Source: Oscillospiraceae bacterium
GTDB lineage: Bacteria > Bacillota > Clostridia > Oscillospirales > Ruminococcaceae
Length of the DNA: 64,000 nt
Direction: 5' to 3'
NCBI GenBank assembly: GCA_009777155.1
Contig: WRMK01000002.1
Coordinates: 213-64,212, forward strand
The position numbers were made by a program, and so were the translations under genes. A model generated the notes under the pieces. The model saw only the letters and a program-made list of their open reading frames with translations. It searched no databases and was not told the DNA's origin. Positions 9,221 to 19,040 of the stretch are shown one piece after another. Positions within the stretch are counted from its first letter, which is position 1. Every line of letters starts with the position of its first letter.

Positions 9221-9427
9221 ACTTACAGCCCCTCTTTATAAGTCATTATTTTGTTTACAATATATATTTTACCATGCTTTTCAGAGAAATGCAAGGGGCA
9301 ATTTTTATATATTGTCATAAAATAATAAGAATGGCACGAGAATGCACTTTGTTTTAGAAAATAATTTTTAACAGGCGGCTGTAATCCACGGGCGCGCATT
9401 GCGCGCCCCTACATAGCGGGGGTTTTG

Positions 9428-10306
9428 ATGAACGACTTTTTATTTCTCGGGGGCGATATGCGGGCGGTTTACGCCGCGAAAAAGCTTAGTGAGTACGGCA
9501 AGGACTGCTTTATTCACGGCTTTGGGGCCGCCGATTTGCCCTTGTGCGAATCGCAGGCTATACCTATCTTTGACGTCATTGCAAACCTTGACAAAAAATT
9601 CAACAACCTTGTACTGCCCCTGCCCGCAAGCACCGACGGACTTAATATTAACGCGCCGTACTCCAAATGCACCCTGCCGTTATCGCTGATACCGCGTGTT
9701 ACGGCAACGGGTGGCAGGGTCTACTACGGCAAGGCTAACCCGCTCCTTACCGACATTTGCAGTCAAAATAATTTAACAGCTGTGAATTATTTTGAACGTG
9801 AGGAGTTGGCGATAATGAACGCCGTCCCGACCGCAGAGGGTTGCCTCGAAATTATCATGCGCGAAACTCCCGCAACTGTCTTCGGCGCGGCTGTTCTGCT
9901 AACCGGCTTTGGCAGAATCTCAAAGGTTTTGGCGAATTATCTGACCGCACTCGGCGCGTGCGTGACCGTATCGGCGCGTAAATATGCCGACCTCGCATGG
10001 GCAGAAGTCGCACGGTGTGACACCGTGCCAATCTCGCGGCTCGACGAAAGGCTCCCCGAGTTCGACATTATCATAAACACCGTCCCCGCCGAAATCCTAA
10101 GTGCGGCGCGGCTCGCCTTGCTGAAAAAGGACTGCCTTGTCGTGGATTTGGCGTCAAAAACGGGCATTGAGGACTTGGAGGCGGCAAAGCGGGCGGGCGT
10201 CAACGTGATTTGGGCGTTGTCGCTACCGGGGAAAACCGCGCCTGTAACAGCGGGGTACATCATCGCCGACACGATTATGAATATTATGGTGGAAAATTTA
10301 TTGTAG
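9428..10306 (+). CDS. dpaA: dipicolinate synthase subunit A
   Basis: FLGGDMR N-terminus and a Rossmann-like central GFGRISK; followed by dpaB. Confidence 0.85.
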   Translation: MNDFLFLGGDMRAVYAAKKLSEYGKDCFIHGFGAADLPLCESQAIPIFDVIANLDKKFNNLVLPLPASTDGLNINAPYSKCTLPLSLIPRVTATGGRVYYGKANPLLTDICSQNNLTAVNYFEREELAIMNAVPTAEGCLEIIMRETPATVFGAAVLLTGFGRISKVLANYLTALGACVTVSARKYADLAWAEVARCDTVPISRLDERLPEFDIIINTVPAEILSAARLALLKKDCLVVDLASKTGIEDLEAAKRAGVNVIWALSLPGKTAPVTAGYIIADTIMNIMVENLL

Positions 10307-10363
10307 GGACGCGATATATCGTGTTCGGGCATATTCGCGGACACCATATATGGTGTCCCTACA
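10303..10363. repeat. inverted REP-like doublet; the head overlaps the dpaA stop codon
   Basis: GTAGGGACGCGATATATCGTGTTC ... GGACACCATATATGGTGTCCCTACAG. Confidence 0.8.
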
Positions 10364-10391
10364 GTCGGCAAACATGAAAGGTAGGCAAACA

Positions 10392-10982
10392 ATGGCAGCT
10401 AAACACGATTTTTCGGGGGTCAAAATAGGCTTTGCGGTGACTGCATCCTTCTGCACATTCGGCACGGCGTTCAATCAGGCGCGGCTGCTGCGGGAGGCGG
10501 GCGCGGAGCTGTTCCCGATTATGTCCGAGAACAGTTTCACGATTGATACGCGGTTCGGCAAAGCGGCCGAGCGCGCCGCCGAGTTCGCGGAGATTTGCGG
10601 CAGAGAAATTATCAAAAGCATAATCGAAGCCGAGCCGATTGGCCCCGAAAACATGGTAGATATAATGTTGGTCTGCCCTTGCACCGGGAATACTTTGGCG
10701 AAACTCGCCAATTCCATCACCGACAACGCCGTCACGATGGCGGTCAAGTCGCATCTGCGAAATAATCTGCCGGTCGTCCTCTGCATTGCCACGAACGACG
10801 CACTTTCGGGTTCGGCAAAAAATATCGGCGGCTTGTTAAATTATCGCAATTATTATTTCGTGCCGTTCGGGCAGGATGATTACTTGAAAAAACCAACATC
10901 GCTCGTCGCGGATTTTAACTTGGTTTGCGATACGCTGAAAGCCGCCCTTGGCGGGCGGCAGGTGGAGCCGGTGGTGTTTTAG
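10392..10982 (+). CDS. dpaB: dipicolinate synthase subunit B (flavoprotein family)
   Basis: KIGFAVTASFCTF...CPCTGNTLAKLANSITDN motifs; start chosen at ATG 10392 behind AAGGTAGG. Confidence 0.85.
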   Translation: MAAKHDFSGVKIGFAVTASFCTFGTAFNQARLLREAGAELFPIMSENSFTIDTRFGKAAERAAEFAEICGREIIKSIIEAEPIGPENMVDIMLVCPCTGNTLAKLANSITDNAVTMAVKSHLRNNLPVVLCIATNDALSGSAKNIGGLLNYRNYYFVPFGQDDYLKKPTSLVADFNLVCDTLKAALGGRQVEPVVF

Positions 10983-11333
10983 GCGGGGGCGGAGCGGCGC
11001 AAAAATTTAATGGGGGCTTTGCCCCCATTCCCCTTTGTAATGGGGGTAAACCCCAAACCCCATGTCCCTTAATGGGGGCTTTGCCCCCAAACCCCACTTA
11101 CTTTTTGCTTGTGCAAAAAGTAAGCAAAAACACCCTCGCTCATGCGCCGCGAGTGGCTACATTGCACGCTGGCCGGTCGAGACCGTCCGGCGCACAATGG
11201 TGCGAATTAGCGAGTTTTGTGCTTACGGATTTGCAGTGCTGATTACCTGTGCATATGAGGTCTCGTTGAGTGCAGGGGTCGTGCTATTCTGAGTGGGCTA
11301 CGCGTTCACGTTGCCGTCTATAGGTGCATCTGT

Positions 11334-11862
11334 GTAGGGGCGAACTCCGTTCGCCCGCATGTCGCACACGCCCTGTTTGCGGACGACCGTGCGCGGTCGT
11401 CCGCATATGCGCGGCTCCGCCGCCCCGTCTGTTAAATTACCGCCTTGTTATGACGTTTTTTGTTGTTGAAAATGTTTGGTGTAGGGAACGGTTCGTAACC
11501 GTTCCGTATGTTTATGCGGGTTCGTAATCGTTCCGTATATTTATGCGGGTTCGTAATCGTTCCGTATATTTATGCGACTTCGTAACCGTTCCGTATATTT
11601 ATGCGGCTTCGTAACCATCCCGAAAATCCACACGATTTATAGGACGGAACGGTTACGAACCGTTCCCTACATAACACCGCGCCGTGTTTCGGGTAATTTT
11701 GCGGACGACCGAGGGCGGTCGTCCCTACGTTTGATAAAACCGTGCAAATTTGCGCCAATTTACAAAATCGCCGAAACATGCGGAACGGTTTAGAACCGTT
11801 CCCTACAATAAAATTTACGAACGGCAGAAAATACCCATGTAGGGGCGGGCATTGCCCGCCCG
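11334..11862. repeat. REP-like hairpin cluster
   Basis: Multiple GTAGGG-headed hairpins with different stems (GCGAAC.., AACGGTT.., ACGACCG.., GCGGGCA..). Confidence 0.85.
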
Positions 11863-11968
11863 TAAATCCGCAGTTGTGCGGGGGTGCGGGGGTGCGGGGG
11901 TGCACTGCGCGCCCCAACATTCAAGTTTCATGAAACAGAAAAACAAGTCGAAAACCCATAATCTCAAT

Positions 11969-11998
11969 CCAATTGTCCATTGTCAATTGTCAATTGAC
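11969..11998 (-). repeat. heptanucleotide array overlapping the GH43 stop codon
   Basis: Sense strand reads ATG TCA ATT GAC AAT TGA CAA TGG ACA ATT GG. Confidence 0.75.
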
Positions 11999-13383
11999 AT
12001 CCCCCCAAACCCCAACGAATTCATCCCCCAACTCTCCCCACCACAATAAACAAAATACAGGGCGTGAACGCCGTCCGGGATTGCTATGTCGCCCGAAAAC
12101 TCAGTCCACTGATTAGCACTGTCAATCTTAATACTCCCCAAAGTTTCGCCGGTCGGTGAAAGCCGCACGTCGAACGCGCCATGCCCGTAGCCGCGCGTTT
12201 TTACGGTGATTTTTTGCACGCCCTTGCAGTCGAAATACTTAAAACCAATCACCGCGCCGTTGTGAATATTAGTCACGTAGCCAAGCTCCTCGTCGCCGTC
12301 CTTGCCGTCCTGGGTCAATTTCGGGTGCTTTTCGCAATCGTCCAAGTAGAACAAATTGCAGGCAATATACGCGGGATACTCGCCTTTTCCGAGCAGTGGT
12401 GCACCGTTCGCGCCCTGCGATGTAGCCTCGACTTGCGCGATACTGCCGTCAGTTTCAATCGCGATTTTTTCCACACAAGCTTGTCGCGAAAACGGCGTGC
12501 CATTAGTATGGCGGTGATAAAAAATATAATAATTTTCACCGATTTTTTCAATACCGCCGTGATTATTATTCACTACGTTCGCGGGTTTATCGGCGGGTTT
12601 GTATGTGTCAATCCCGAGGTCGGCACAGCTGATTATCACCCCGCCATAGACGAAATCTTTCGTGGGGTGCTTGCTCGTCGCGTAGGACAAATTGGTCATT
12701 TTCACCGACGAATAAACCAAATAATATGTATCGCCAAATTTCCTAATCGACGGTGCTTCAAAAATTTCATTGCCCTCAAAGCCCGTGCCCGCGCTGTGTG
12801 TATCGCTCGGAATCACAAACACCGGCGGCTCTTTCACGGTCAGCATATCCGCCTCAAGAACCGTCGCCATACAGCCACTGCGCGACTTGTCGCCATGCCC
12901 GCAAAAGCCGGTGTACAAATAGGTTACGTCCCCCTCGGTCAACACACCGGGGTCAAATTGCGGCTCGTCACCGTCAGCTTTGCCGAGCAATGTCCCATCG
13001 GGATACTTAACGTAACCATGAAACTTATACTTGCCCGCGGGTGTATCACAAACCGCGACCGACACCACGCAATCCCTATCCAAGACGTAATAGAGGTAAT
13101 ACCGCCCGTCCGACCCGCGGGTCACATCGGGGGCATACAGGCACATCTTGCCGTCCTTGTTGAGCGGGTCGGCGTTTCGCTCATAGATGACGCCCTCATA
13201 TTTCCAGTCGCTCAAGTCATCAACAGGCGCGGAGTAGCAGATATAATCGTTGATACAAAACACCCAGCCATTAAACATATCATGCGAGCCGTAAATGTAG
13301 ACCCTGTCGCCGAAAACGTGCGGTTCGCCGTCCGGGATATACTCCCACGAGGGCAGGAACGGATTGAAGCATTGGTTTTTCAT
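11983..13383 (-). CDS. glycoside hydrolase family 43 (beta-xylosidase/arabinofuranosidase-like) with a C-terminal CBM-like domain
   Basis: NPFLPSWEYIPDGEPHVFGDRVYIYGSHD and LYAPDV motifs typical of GH43. Confidence 0.8.
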   Translation of the reverse strand: MKNQCFNPFLPSWEYIPDGEPHVFGDRVYIYGSHDMFNGWVFCINDYICYSAPVDDLSDWKYEGVIYERNADPLNKDGKMCLYAPDVTRGSDGRYYLYYVLDRDCVVSVAVCDTPAGKYKFHGYVKYPDGTLLGKADGDEPQFDPGVLTEGDVTYLYTGFCGHGDKSRSGCMATVLEADMLTVKEPPVFVIPSDTHSAGTGFEGNEIFEAPSIRKFGDTYYLVYSSVKMTNLSYATSKHPTKDFVYGGVIISCADLGIDTYKPADKPANVVNNNHGGIEKIGENYYIFYHRHTNGTPFSRQACVEKIAIETDGSIAQVEATSQGANGAPLLGKGEYPAYIACNLFYLDDCEKHPKLTQDGKDGDEELGYVTNIHNGAVIGFKYFDCKGVQKITVKTRGYGHGAFDVRLSPTGETLGSIKIDSANQWTEFSGDIAIPDGVHALYFVYCGGESWGMNSLGFGGMSIDN

Positions 13384-13437
13384 GGATATTTTCTCCTTGT
13401 TTTTTATTTTATCACGCTACGCAAATACCGCGCAAAT

Positions 13438-13585
13438 GTAGGGGCGCGCATTGCGCGTCCGTAATTTCACGCAAACCGCGTCCGTAATTTTACGCAAACG
13501 CGGGGTCTTTACGGACGGGCAATGCCCGCCCGCAAATCTACACAAACGCGGGGTCTTTGCGGACGCGCAATGCGCGCCCCTACAG
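13438..13585. repeat. REP-like hairpin cluster
   Basis: GTAGGGGCGCGCATTGCGCGTCCG and CGGACGGGCAATGCCCGCCCG units. Confidence 0.85.
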
Positions 13586-13621
13586 AATAATTTTACCACA
13601 ACCAAAAACAAATGTCAACAC

Positions 13622-13650
13622 TTGACATTTATAGATAACTGTGGTAAAAT
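13622..13650 (+). promoter_or_regulatory. sigma-A-type promoter of queA; predicts a leaderless mRNA
   Basis: TTGACA-17 nt-TGgTAAAAT; the queA ATG (13657) lies 7 nt after the -10 and there is no SD. Confidence 0.55.
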
Positions 13651-13656
13651 ATACTC

Positions 13657-14676
13657 ATGAAAAAATCCGATTTCTATTACGACCTCCCCGAAAATTTAAT
13701 CGCGCAAAGCCCCATAGAACCGCGGGATTCCTCGCGGTTGCTTGTCGCGGACAAGGCCACGGGTGAGTTTCGGCACGCGCATTTCTACGACCTGCCGAAT
13801 TACTTACAAAAAGGCGACCTGCTAATTTTGAACGACTCGAAAGTCTTCCCCGCGAGATTGAACCCGCTGAATTTCACAGGCGAAGTGTTGTTGCTCGAGC
13901 AGATAAATTCAACGACATGGGAGTGCATCGGAAAGGGCTTAAAGCAAGGCAGGGAGATAGTTTTCGCCGACTTTCTGAAAGGTAAAATCACCGAAATTCT
14001 CCCGAACGGCAACCGCTTAATTGAGTTTGATTTTACAGGCGACTTTTTTGCAATCCTCGAAAAAGTCGGCGAGACACCACTGCCGCATTACATCACCCAA
14101 AAACTCGACCAACCCGCGCGATATAACACGATTTACGCCGATGAGTGCAAGCGCGGTTCTGCCGCCGCCCCGACTGCGGGCCTGCACTTTACCGAGCGGA
14201 CTTTCGCCGACTTACAACTCAAAGGGGTTGACACCGCCCACGTCACATTACACGTGGGTTTGGGGACTTTCCGCCCCGTCAAAACCGACGACATCTCAGC
14301 CCACCAAATGCACAGCGAACGCTATTCACTCCCCCCCGACACCGCCGCAAAAATCAACGCTTGCCGAGCCCGCGGCGGCAGAATTATAGCCGCAGGAACG
14401 ACGAGCTGCCGCGTACTGGAGTCGGTTGCGAGAGAATTAATAAGCCCCAATTCGCCGATAACCGCCGCTTCCGGAACCACCGATATTTTCATCCACCCCG
14501 GCTACAATTTCAAATTAATTGATGCCCTGTTGACCAATTTCCACCTCCCCGAAAGCACGCTGATTATGTTGGTGAGCGGGTTTCTCGGCAGGGAGCGGAC
14601 GTTGGCGGCGTACAGCGCGGCGATTGACGCGGGGTATCGGTTTTTTAGTTTCGGGGATGCTATGTTGGTGGTTTGA
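13657..14676 (+). CDS. queA: S-adenosylmethionine:tRNA ribosyltransferase-isomerase
   Basis: FYYDLPENLIAQSPIEPRDSSRLLV N-terminus; 339 aa. Confidence 0.93.
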   Translation: MKKSDFYYDLPENLIAQSPIEPRDSSRLLVADKATGEFRHAHFYDLPNYLQKGDLLILNDSKVFPARLNPLNFTGEVLLLEQINSTTWECIGKGLKQGREIVFADFLKGKITEILPNGNRLIEFDFTGDFFAILEKVGETPLPHYITQKLDQPARYNTIYADECKRGSAAAPTAGLHFTERTFADLQLKGVDTAHVTLHVGLGTFRPVKTDDISAHQMHSERYSLPPDTAAKINACRARGGRIIAAGTTSCRVLESVARELISPNSPITAASGTTDIFIHPGYNFKLIDALLTNFHLPESTLIMLVSGFLGRERTLAAYSAAIDAGYRFFSFGDAMLVV

Positions 14677-14682
14677 GGTCGC

Positions 14683-14710
14683 AAAAAGCCCCCGTACAGG
14701 GGGCTTTTTC
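14683..14710. terminator. bidirectional intrinsic terminator (queA / LRR gene)
   Basis: aaaaagccccc gtaca gggggctttttc. Confidence 0.8.
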
Positions 14711-14755
14711 TATAATTTAAGGCTTCTTTCTTTTTTGTTCCTGCTGTTTGTCATG

Positions 14756-15994
14756 TTAGTCCCGTTCTAATTCCCCATTTATTATTAAATCCATCATAGC
14801 GTTTTCAAAATCTTCGCTACTTCCATATGTAATCCCTCTAAAAGTAATGCTTGTTAAATCAGGGCAAACGAAAAAAGCACGAGGATGAATTTTGGTTACG
14901 CCATCGGGAATAACAACACTTGTTAATGCCGTACGTTCAAACGCATAAACGCCGATTTTGGTTAGACCGTCCCCGAATGTAACGCTTGTCAGTTCTCTAC
15001 ACTCCTCAAAAGCCGAGTTACCGATTTCGGTTACACTATCGGGGATTACAACGCTTGTTAATGCCGTTTTCTTAAACGCATTTTCGCCGATTTCGGTTAC
15101 ACTATTTGGGATTACAATGCTTGTTAATGCCGTAAAGCTAAACGCACCATCGCCGATGCAAGTTACACTATCGGGAATAATAACGCTTGTCAGATTTTCG
15201 CACCACATAAACGCATCCCTCCCGATTTCGGTTACACTATTTGGGATTACAATGCTTGTTAATGCCGTAAAGCTAAACGCGCCGATGTAAGTTACACTGT
15301 TTGGGATTACAATGCTTGTCAATCCGGTTCCGTCAAACGCACCATCGCCGATGTAAGTTACACTATCGGGGATTATAACACTTGTCAATTCTTTGCAACT
15401 TTCAAACGCGGAGTTGCCAATTGAGGTTATACTATTTGGGATTACAATGCTTGTCAATCCGCTTCTGGCAAACGCGCGGTAGCCGATTTCGGTTACACTG
15501 CCGGGAATGACAACGCTTGTTAATGGAGTATTCCAAAACGCATAATCGCCGATGTAAGTTACACTGTTTGGAATATAGACATAGGTTATTCCGCTGTCTT
15601 CGAAAGCTTTCCCGCCGATGACCGTCACAGGCTCGTCGTCGATTTTTTCGGGTATGCGGACTTCTTCTGCTGTTCCTATATATTTCAGTATTTCAATGCC
15701 GTTTAACTCCTCGTTATATTCGTATTCAAAGTCATAAACAGGCGTTTCGTCCATATCGGGCGGGGGGTTGTTTCCCTGTGGGGTGAGGTCGGGGGTGGGG
15801 TCTTTTGCATTGTTGCACGGTGTGTCGCCTGCATTGCTGCCCGATGTGTCGCTTACGCTGTTGGTCGGTGTGTCGTCTGCATTGTTGCCCGGTCTGTCGT
15901 TTGCAAGGGTGTCCGCGTTAGAACCATCGCCGTCGCAAGCCGCCAAGCTTGCAAGCATGATAATCGCCATAAGTAATGCTAAAATCTTCCTCAT
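14756..15994 (-). CDS. BspA-type leucine-rich-repeat lipoprotein
   Basis: Lipobox LASLAAC; more than 10 repeats of LTSVVIPxSVTxIGxxAF. Confidence 0.8.
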   Translation of the reverse strand: MRKILALLMAIIMLASLAACDGDGSNADTLANDRPGNNADDTPTNSVSDTSGSNAGDTPCNNAKDPTPDLTPQGNNPPPDMDETPVYDFEYEYNEELNGIEILKYIGTAEEVRIPEKIDDEPVTVIGGKAFEDSGITYVYIPNSVTYIGDYAFWNTPLTSVVIPGSVTEIGYRAFARSGLTSIVIPNSITSIGNSAFESCKELTSVIIPDSVTYIGDGAFDGTGLTSIVIPNSVTYIGAFSFTALTSIVIPNSVTEIGRDAFMWCENLTSVIIPDSVTCIGDGAFSFTALTSIVIPNSVTEIGENAFKKTALTSVVIPDSVTEIGNSAFEECRELTSVTFGDGLTKIGVYAFERTALTSVVIPDGVTKIHPRAFFVCPDLTSITFRGITYGSSEDFENAMMDLIINGELERD

Positions 15995-16096
15995 AAAGTT
16001 TTACCCCCGTTTAATTATTTTTCTAACAACCAAATTATACCATATTTTCCCACACAATTCAAGCATTAAAATCCAATTTCGCTTAATCCCCCCAAC

Positions 16097-16124
16097 AAAA
16101 AAACGCCCCCAAAAGGGGCGTTTT
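16097..16124 (-). terminator. intrinsic terminator downstream of the flotillin gene
   Basis: Minus strand reads cgcccc tttt ggggcg followed by ttttttt. Confidence 0.65.
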
Positions 16125-16154
16125 CACAGTCAACCAAACAAGGTTGACACCATA

Positions 16155-16267
16155 AACTATCCGACAACCTACAATGGTTGTCACATTGCCTAATATCAAT
16201 TGTCAACTACACAAACGTCCGACAACCTACAATGGTTGTCACACTATCCACTGTCAACTATCAACCG
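16155..16267 (-). repeat. heptad-type array plus two copies of the hairpin GACAACCtacaatGGTTGTC, overlapping the flotillin stop codon
   Basis: Sense strand reads GTT GAT AGT TGA CAG TGG ATA GTG TGA... Confidence 0.7.
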
Positions 16268-17825
16268 ACTTTTCCCCAAGAAACTTCGGCAAATCCATCC
16301 CCGCCTGATTGAAGACCTCGCCGAGCGGCGGAACCGCCTTCATCAGCCCGCTCAAGAAGTCCGACGTCGCGGTTTTGCCGTCCGCGCCCGCGCTTGAACC
16401 CGAGTCCCAAACGGTGACTTTATCAATCTTAATATTCTTAATCGCCTCGACTTGAATACGTGTCAACTCCTCAAGCTTGTCAGCTATTAACAGCTTAACC
16501 GCGCTATCCGCGTTGCCGCCCGCCGCCGAAATCAGCTCGGCGATACCCTCGGCTTGCTTGACGAGAATCTCCTTTGCACCCCGCGCCTGCGCCTCGAGTT
16601 TGGCGTAAATCGCGTCGGCTTCGCCCTTCGCGTGCCGCCTTGTCACCTCGGCCTTGGCTTCGGCGTCGATTTCAAGCTGATTCTTCTGAATTTCGGCCTT
16701 GACAATGACGTCGGCCTGTTGGGTGGCGCGCTCGAGTTCGGCTCTCGCGGTCTCGGCGGCACGCTGTGCGGCGTAGGCTTCTTCCTTTGCCCGTGCGGCT
16801 TGAACCGCTTCGGCGGCCATCGCCAACTTCAACGCCTCGGCTTCACGTTCGCGCCGATTCGACTCGGATTTCGCTATCTCAATTTTGGCGTCGTTCTCGC
16901 CCTGAACCGCCGTGGCGTTTGCCGCCGCGACCTGAATCCGCTGTTCGCGCATTGCCTGTGCTTGCCCGATTTCTCCGTCACGGTCCCGCTCGGCAATCGC
17001 GATTTTTGCATCGTTCTGCGCCTTTGCGCGGGCCTCAGCTTCGCGTTGGTCGCGGCTTGCCTCCGAACGCGCAATCTCAACCTTCGAGTCGTTCTCCCCT
17101 TGAATCGCCTGTGCATCTGCCGCCGCAACCCCTACACGCTGTTCGCGGTGGGCGTGCGCCTGCCCGATTTCACCGTCGCGGTCCTTCTCCGCAACCGACT
17201 TTTTCGCGTCGTTAATCGCCTTCGCCGCGGCTTCCTTACCGAGCGCCTCGATGTACCCCGACTCGTCGTTAATGTCGGTCACGTTTACGTTTATCAGCCT
17301 CAGCCCGATTTTTTTCAGCTCAATCTCCACATTATTAGACACCGCAAGCAGGAATTTATCGCGGTCTGTGTTGATTTCCTCGATTTCCATCGTGGCGATT
17401 ACCAGACGCAACTGCCCTAAAATTATGTCCTTTGAAAGGTCTTGAATCTCGTTCAATTTCAAGCCCAAAAGCCGTTCCGCGGCGTTTTGCATAACGCCCG
17501 GCTCGGTGGAAATACCCACCATGAACCGCGACGGCACGTCAACGCGGATGTTCTGTTTGGACAAGGCACTCCGTAAATCTACATTGATTGACATGGGCGT
17601 CAAATCCAGATACTGATAGGATTGAATGACCGGGATAATCAGCGCACCGCCGCCGTGTATGCACTTTGCACTGCGCGCCTGCCCGGTCTTGTCCCTGCCG
17701 ACGTTGCCGTAAACGACCAAGATTTTGTCGGACGGGCATTTCTTATACCGCGACAAAATCGCCATTACAAGCGAGAATACGATAATCGCGACTACCGCAA
17801 TCAGAAAAATAATATTGGGGTCCAT
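16254..17825 (-). CDS. floT: flotillin (SPFH/band-7 family, FloT/YuaG-like)
   Basis: N-terminal TM helix, SPFH domain, long Ala/Glu-rich repeats (internal duplication ERDRDGEIGQA). Confidence 0.85.
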   Translation of the reverse strand: MDPNIIFLIAVVAIIVFSLVMAILSRYKKCPSDKILVVYGNVGRDKTGQARSAKCIHGGGALIIPVIQSYQYLDLTPMSINVDLRSALSKQNIRVDVPSRFMVGISTEPGVMQNAAERLLGLKLNEIQDLSKDIILGQLRLVIATMEIEEINTDRDKFLLAVSNNVEIELKKIGLRLINVNVTDINDESGYIEALGKEAAAKAINDAKKSVAEKDRDGEIGQAHAHREQRVGVAAADAQAIQGENDSKVEIARSEASRDQREAEARAKAQNDAKIAIAERDRDGEIGQAQAMREQRIQVAAANATAVQGENDAKIEIAKSESNRREREAEALKLAMAAEAVQAARAKEEAYAAQRAAETARAELERATQQADVIVKAEIQKNQLEIDAEAKAEVTRRHAKGEADAIYAKLEAQARGAKEILVKQAEGIAELISAAGGNADSAVKLLIADKLEELTRIQVEAIKNIKIDKVTVWDSGSSAGADGKTATSDFLSGLMKAVPPLGEVFNQAGMDLPKFLGEKSVDS

Positions 17826-17836
17826 AGTTTTCCTCC

Positions 17837-17948
17837 TGTAAATTTAATTAGGTTGACGGGGTTGGTTTTGGGTGGTTGGGTGTAAATTTGATTGGGTTTA
17901 CGGGGGGGTGGTCGGGGTTTGGGTGTAAATTTAGTTGGGTTTACAGGG
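17837..17948. repeat. TGTAAAT-N8-GGTTTACA palindrome family (3 units)
   Basis: gggtgtaaatttgattgggtttacggg and gggtgtaaatttagttgggtttacaggg. Confidence 0.7.
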
Positions 17949-17970
17949 CGTATTTGGTGGTGCGAATTGT

Positions 17971-18199
17971 GTAGGGACACCATATATGGTGTCCGCGGAA
18001 ATGCGCGGCTGTGGTGTTTTTCGGACGCCATATATGGCGTCCCTACGGTTGCTGACGTTTTGTGTGTAGGGGCGGGCTTCCACGCCCGACCGCAAGCCCT
18101 GCGCTACCAATGCGGGCGAACACAGTTCGCCCCTACCATGTTAAAATTATTAACCGTAGAAAAGATTTTTTCAATGTGGGGGCGAGCTGTGTTCGCCCG
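17971..18199. repeat. REP-like hairpin cluster
   Basis: GTAGGGACACCATATATGGTGTCCG, GGACGCCATATATGGCGTCCCTAC, GTAGGGGCGGGCTTCCACGCCCGACC, an inverted GCGAAC doublet. Confidence 0.85.
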
Positions 18200-18289
18200 T
18201 AAATTCTGGCGTTTCTGCGGATTGGCGAACGCGGGCGTGCGTTTTTACATGCGCCGAACACACCCCTACCGCCCCCTGCGCCCCCACAA

Positions 18290-18380
18290 GTATCAGCAAA
18301 TTACCACCAAAAGTATCAGCAAATTACCACCAAAAGCATCAGCAAATTACCACCAAAAGTATCAGCAAATTATCACCCAA
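18290..18380. repeat. 23-nt tandem repeat, about 3.9 copies, overlapping the nfeD stop codon
   Basis: GTATCAGCAAATTACCACCAAAA repeated. Confidence 0.85.
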
Positions 18381-18963
18381 TCCGCTCCACCACCAAAACA
18401 TTCCCGGCGATTATATCCGTGACCCGCACGGGCGTGTTGGCGGTCATCGCGCCGCTCTCGCTGACCGCGTCGCACTCGACCTGCCGCTCGGCAAGCTGAA
18501 CCGTGACCTTGCCGCGCTTGGTCTTGTCCTCGGGAATGGGTATGTATATTGTGCCGCTCTCCCCGATTAACAACTTCATGTTGAGGGTTCCGCTCTGTTG
18601 CAGCTTCGCCGAGGCGCGAATGACCTTCGTCACGCCGACCATTGCACCCACACCGAGCAAAAACGCCAGTAAAAACGCAATCGGAACGCTGCCGAGGGCG
18701 TTCATAAAGACGACGCCGCTCCACCCGAACACGCAGAAAAACGCCACAATACTTTTGAGCGAGAAGAAGCCCATAATCCCGTATTCGCTGATGCCGTCTG
18801 CATCGGGCAGGTCTGCATCGGGGACGTCAATGTCGTCTTCGCCGCCGATTCCGAAGATTAAAAGTATCGTCTGAATCAGCAGGATTACGGTCGCGGGGAT
18901 TGCGATGCAGTAAAAAATCTGCCACGGCAACCCCAGAGCCCATTGCTCCGCAAACCATTGCAT
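18373..18963 (-). CDS. NfeD-family membrane protein (YuaF-like)
   Basis: Several TM helices plus a C-terminal OB-like GKVTVQL...VRVTDI domain; lies upstream of the flotillin gene. Confidence 0.75.
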   Translation of the reverse strand: MQWFAEQWALGLPWQIFYCIAIPATVILLIQTILLIFGIGGEDDIDVPDADLPDADGISEYGIMGFFSLKSIVAFFCVFGWSGVVFMNALGSVPIAFLLAFLLGVGAMVGVTKVIRASAKLQQSGTLNMKLLIGESGTIYIPIPEDKTKRGKVTVQLAERQVECDAVSESGAMTANTPVRVTDIIAGNVLVVERIG

Positions 18964-18986
18964 AAAATCACCCTTTCTTTCATACT

Positions 18987-19040
18987 CTGCAAATCCTTGC
19001 GGATTTGCTTCGCGGGGCAGGGAGACCCTGCCTCCTTGAC
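18987..19040 (-). promoter_or_regulatory. conserved two-hairpin 5' leader motif (copy 1, upstream of nfeD)
   Basis: Minus strand reads GGCAGGG-TCTC-CCTGCC then GCAAATCC-GCAA-GGATTTGC; a paralogue lies at 63886-63938. Confidence 0.55.

Noticed and set aside
9241-9424. Possible lysine (L-box) riboswitch or sporulation-sigma promoter upstream of dpaA
   Set aside because: I could find no recognisable L-box conserved core and no confident SigK/SigE -35/-10 pair by eye. The spacer contains only one REP hairpin.
10995-11100. AATGGGGGCTTTGCCCCCAT hairpins (two copies) as terminators of dpaB
   Set aside because: The stem GGGGGC/GCCCCC is not followed by a T-run. They are more likely another small dispersed palindrome type. 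Noted only.
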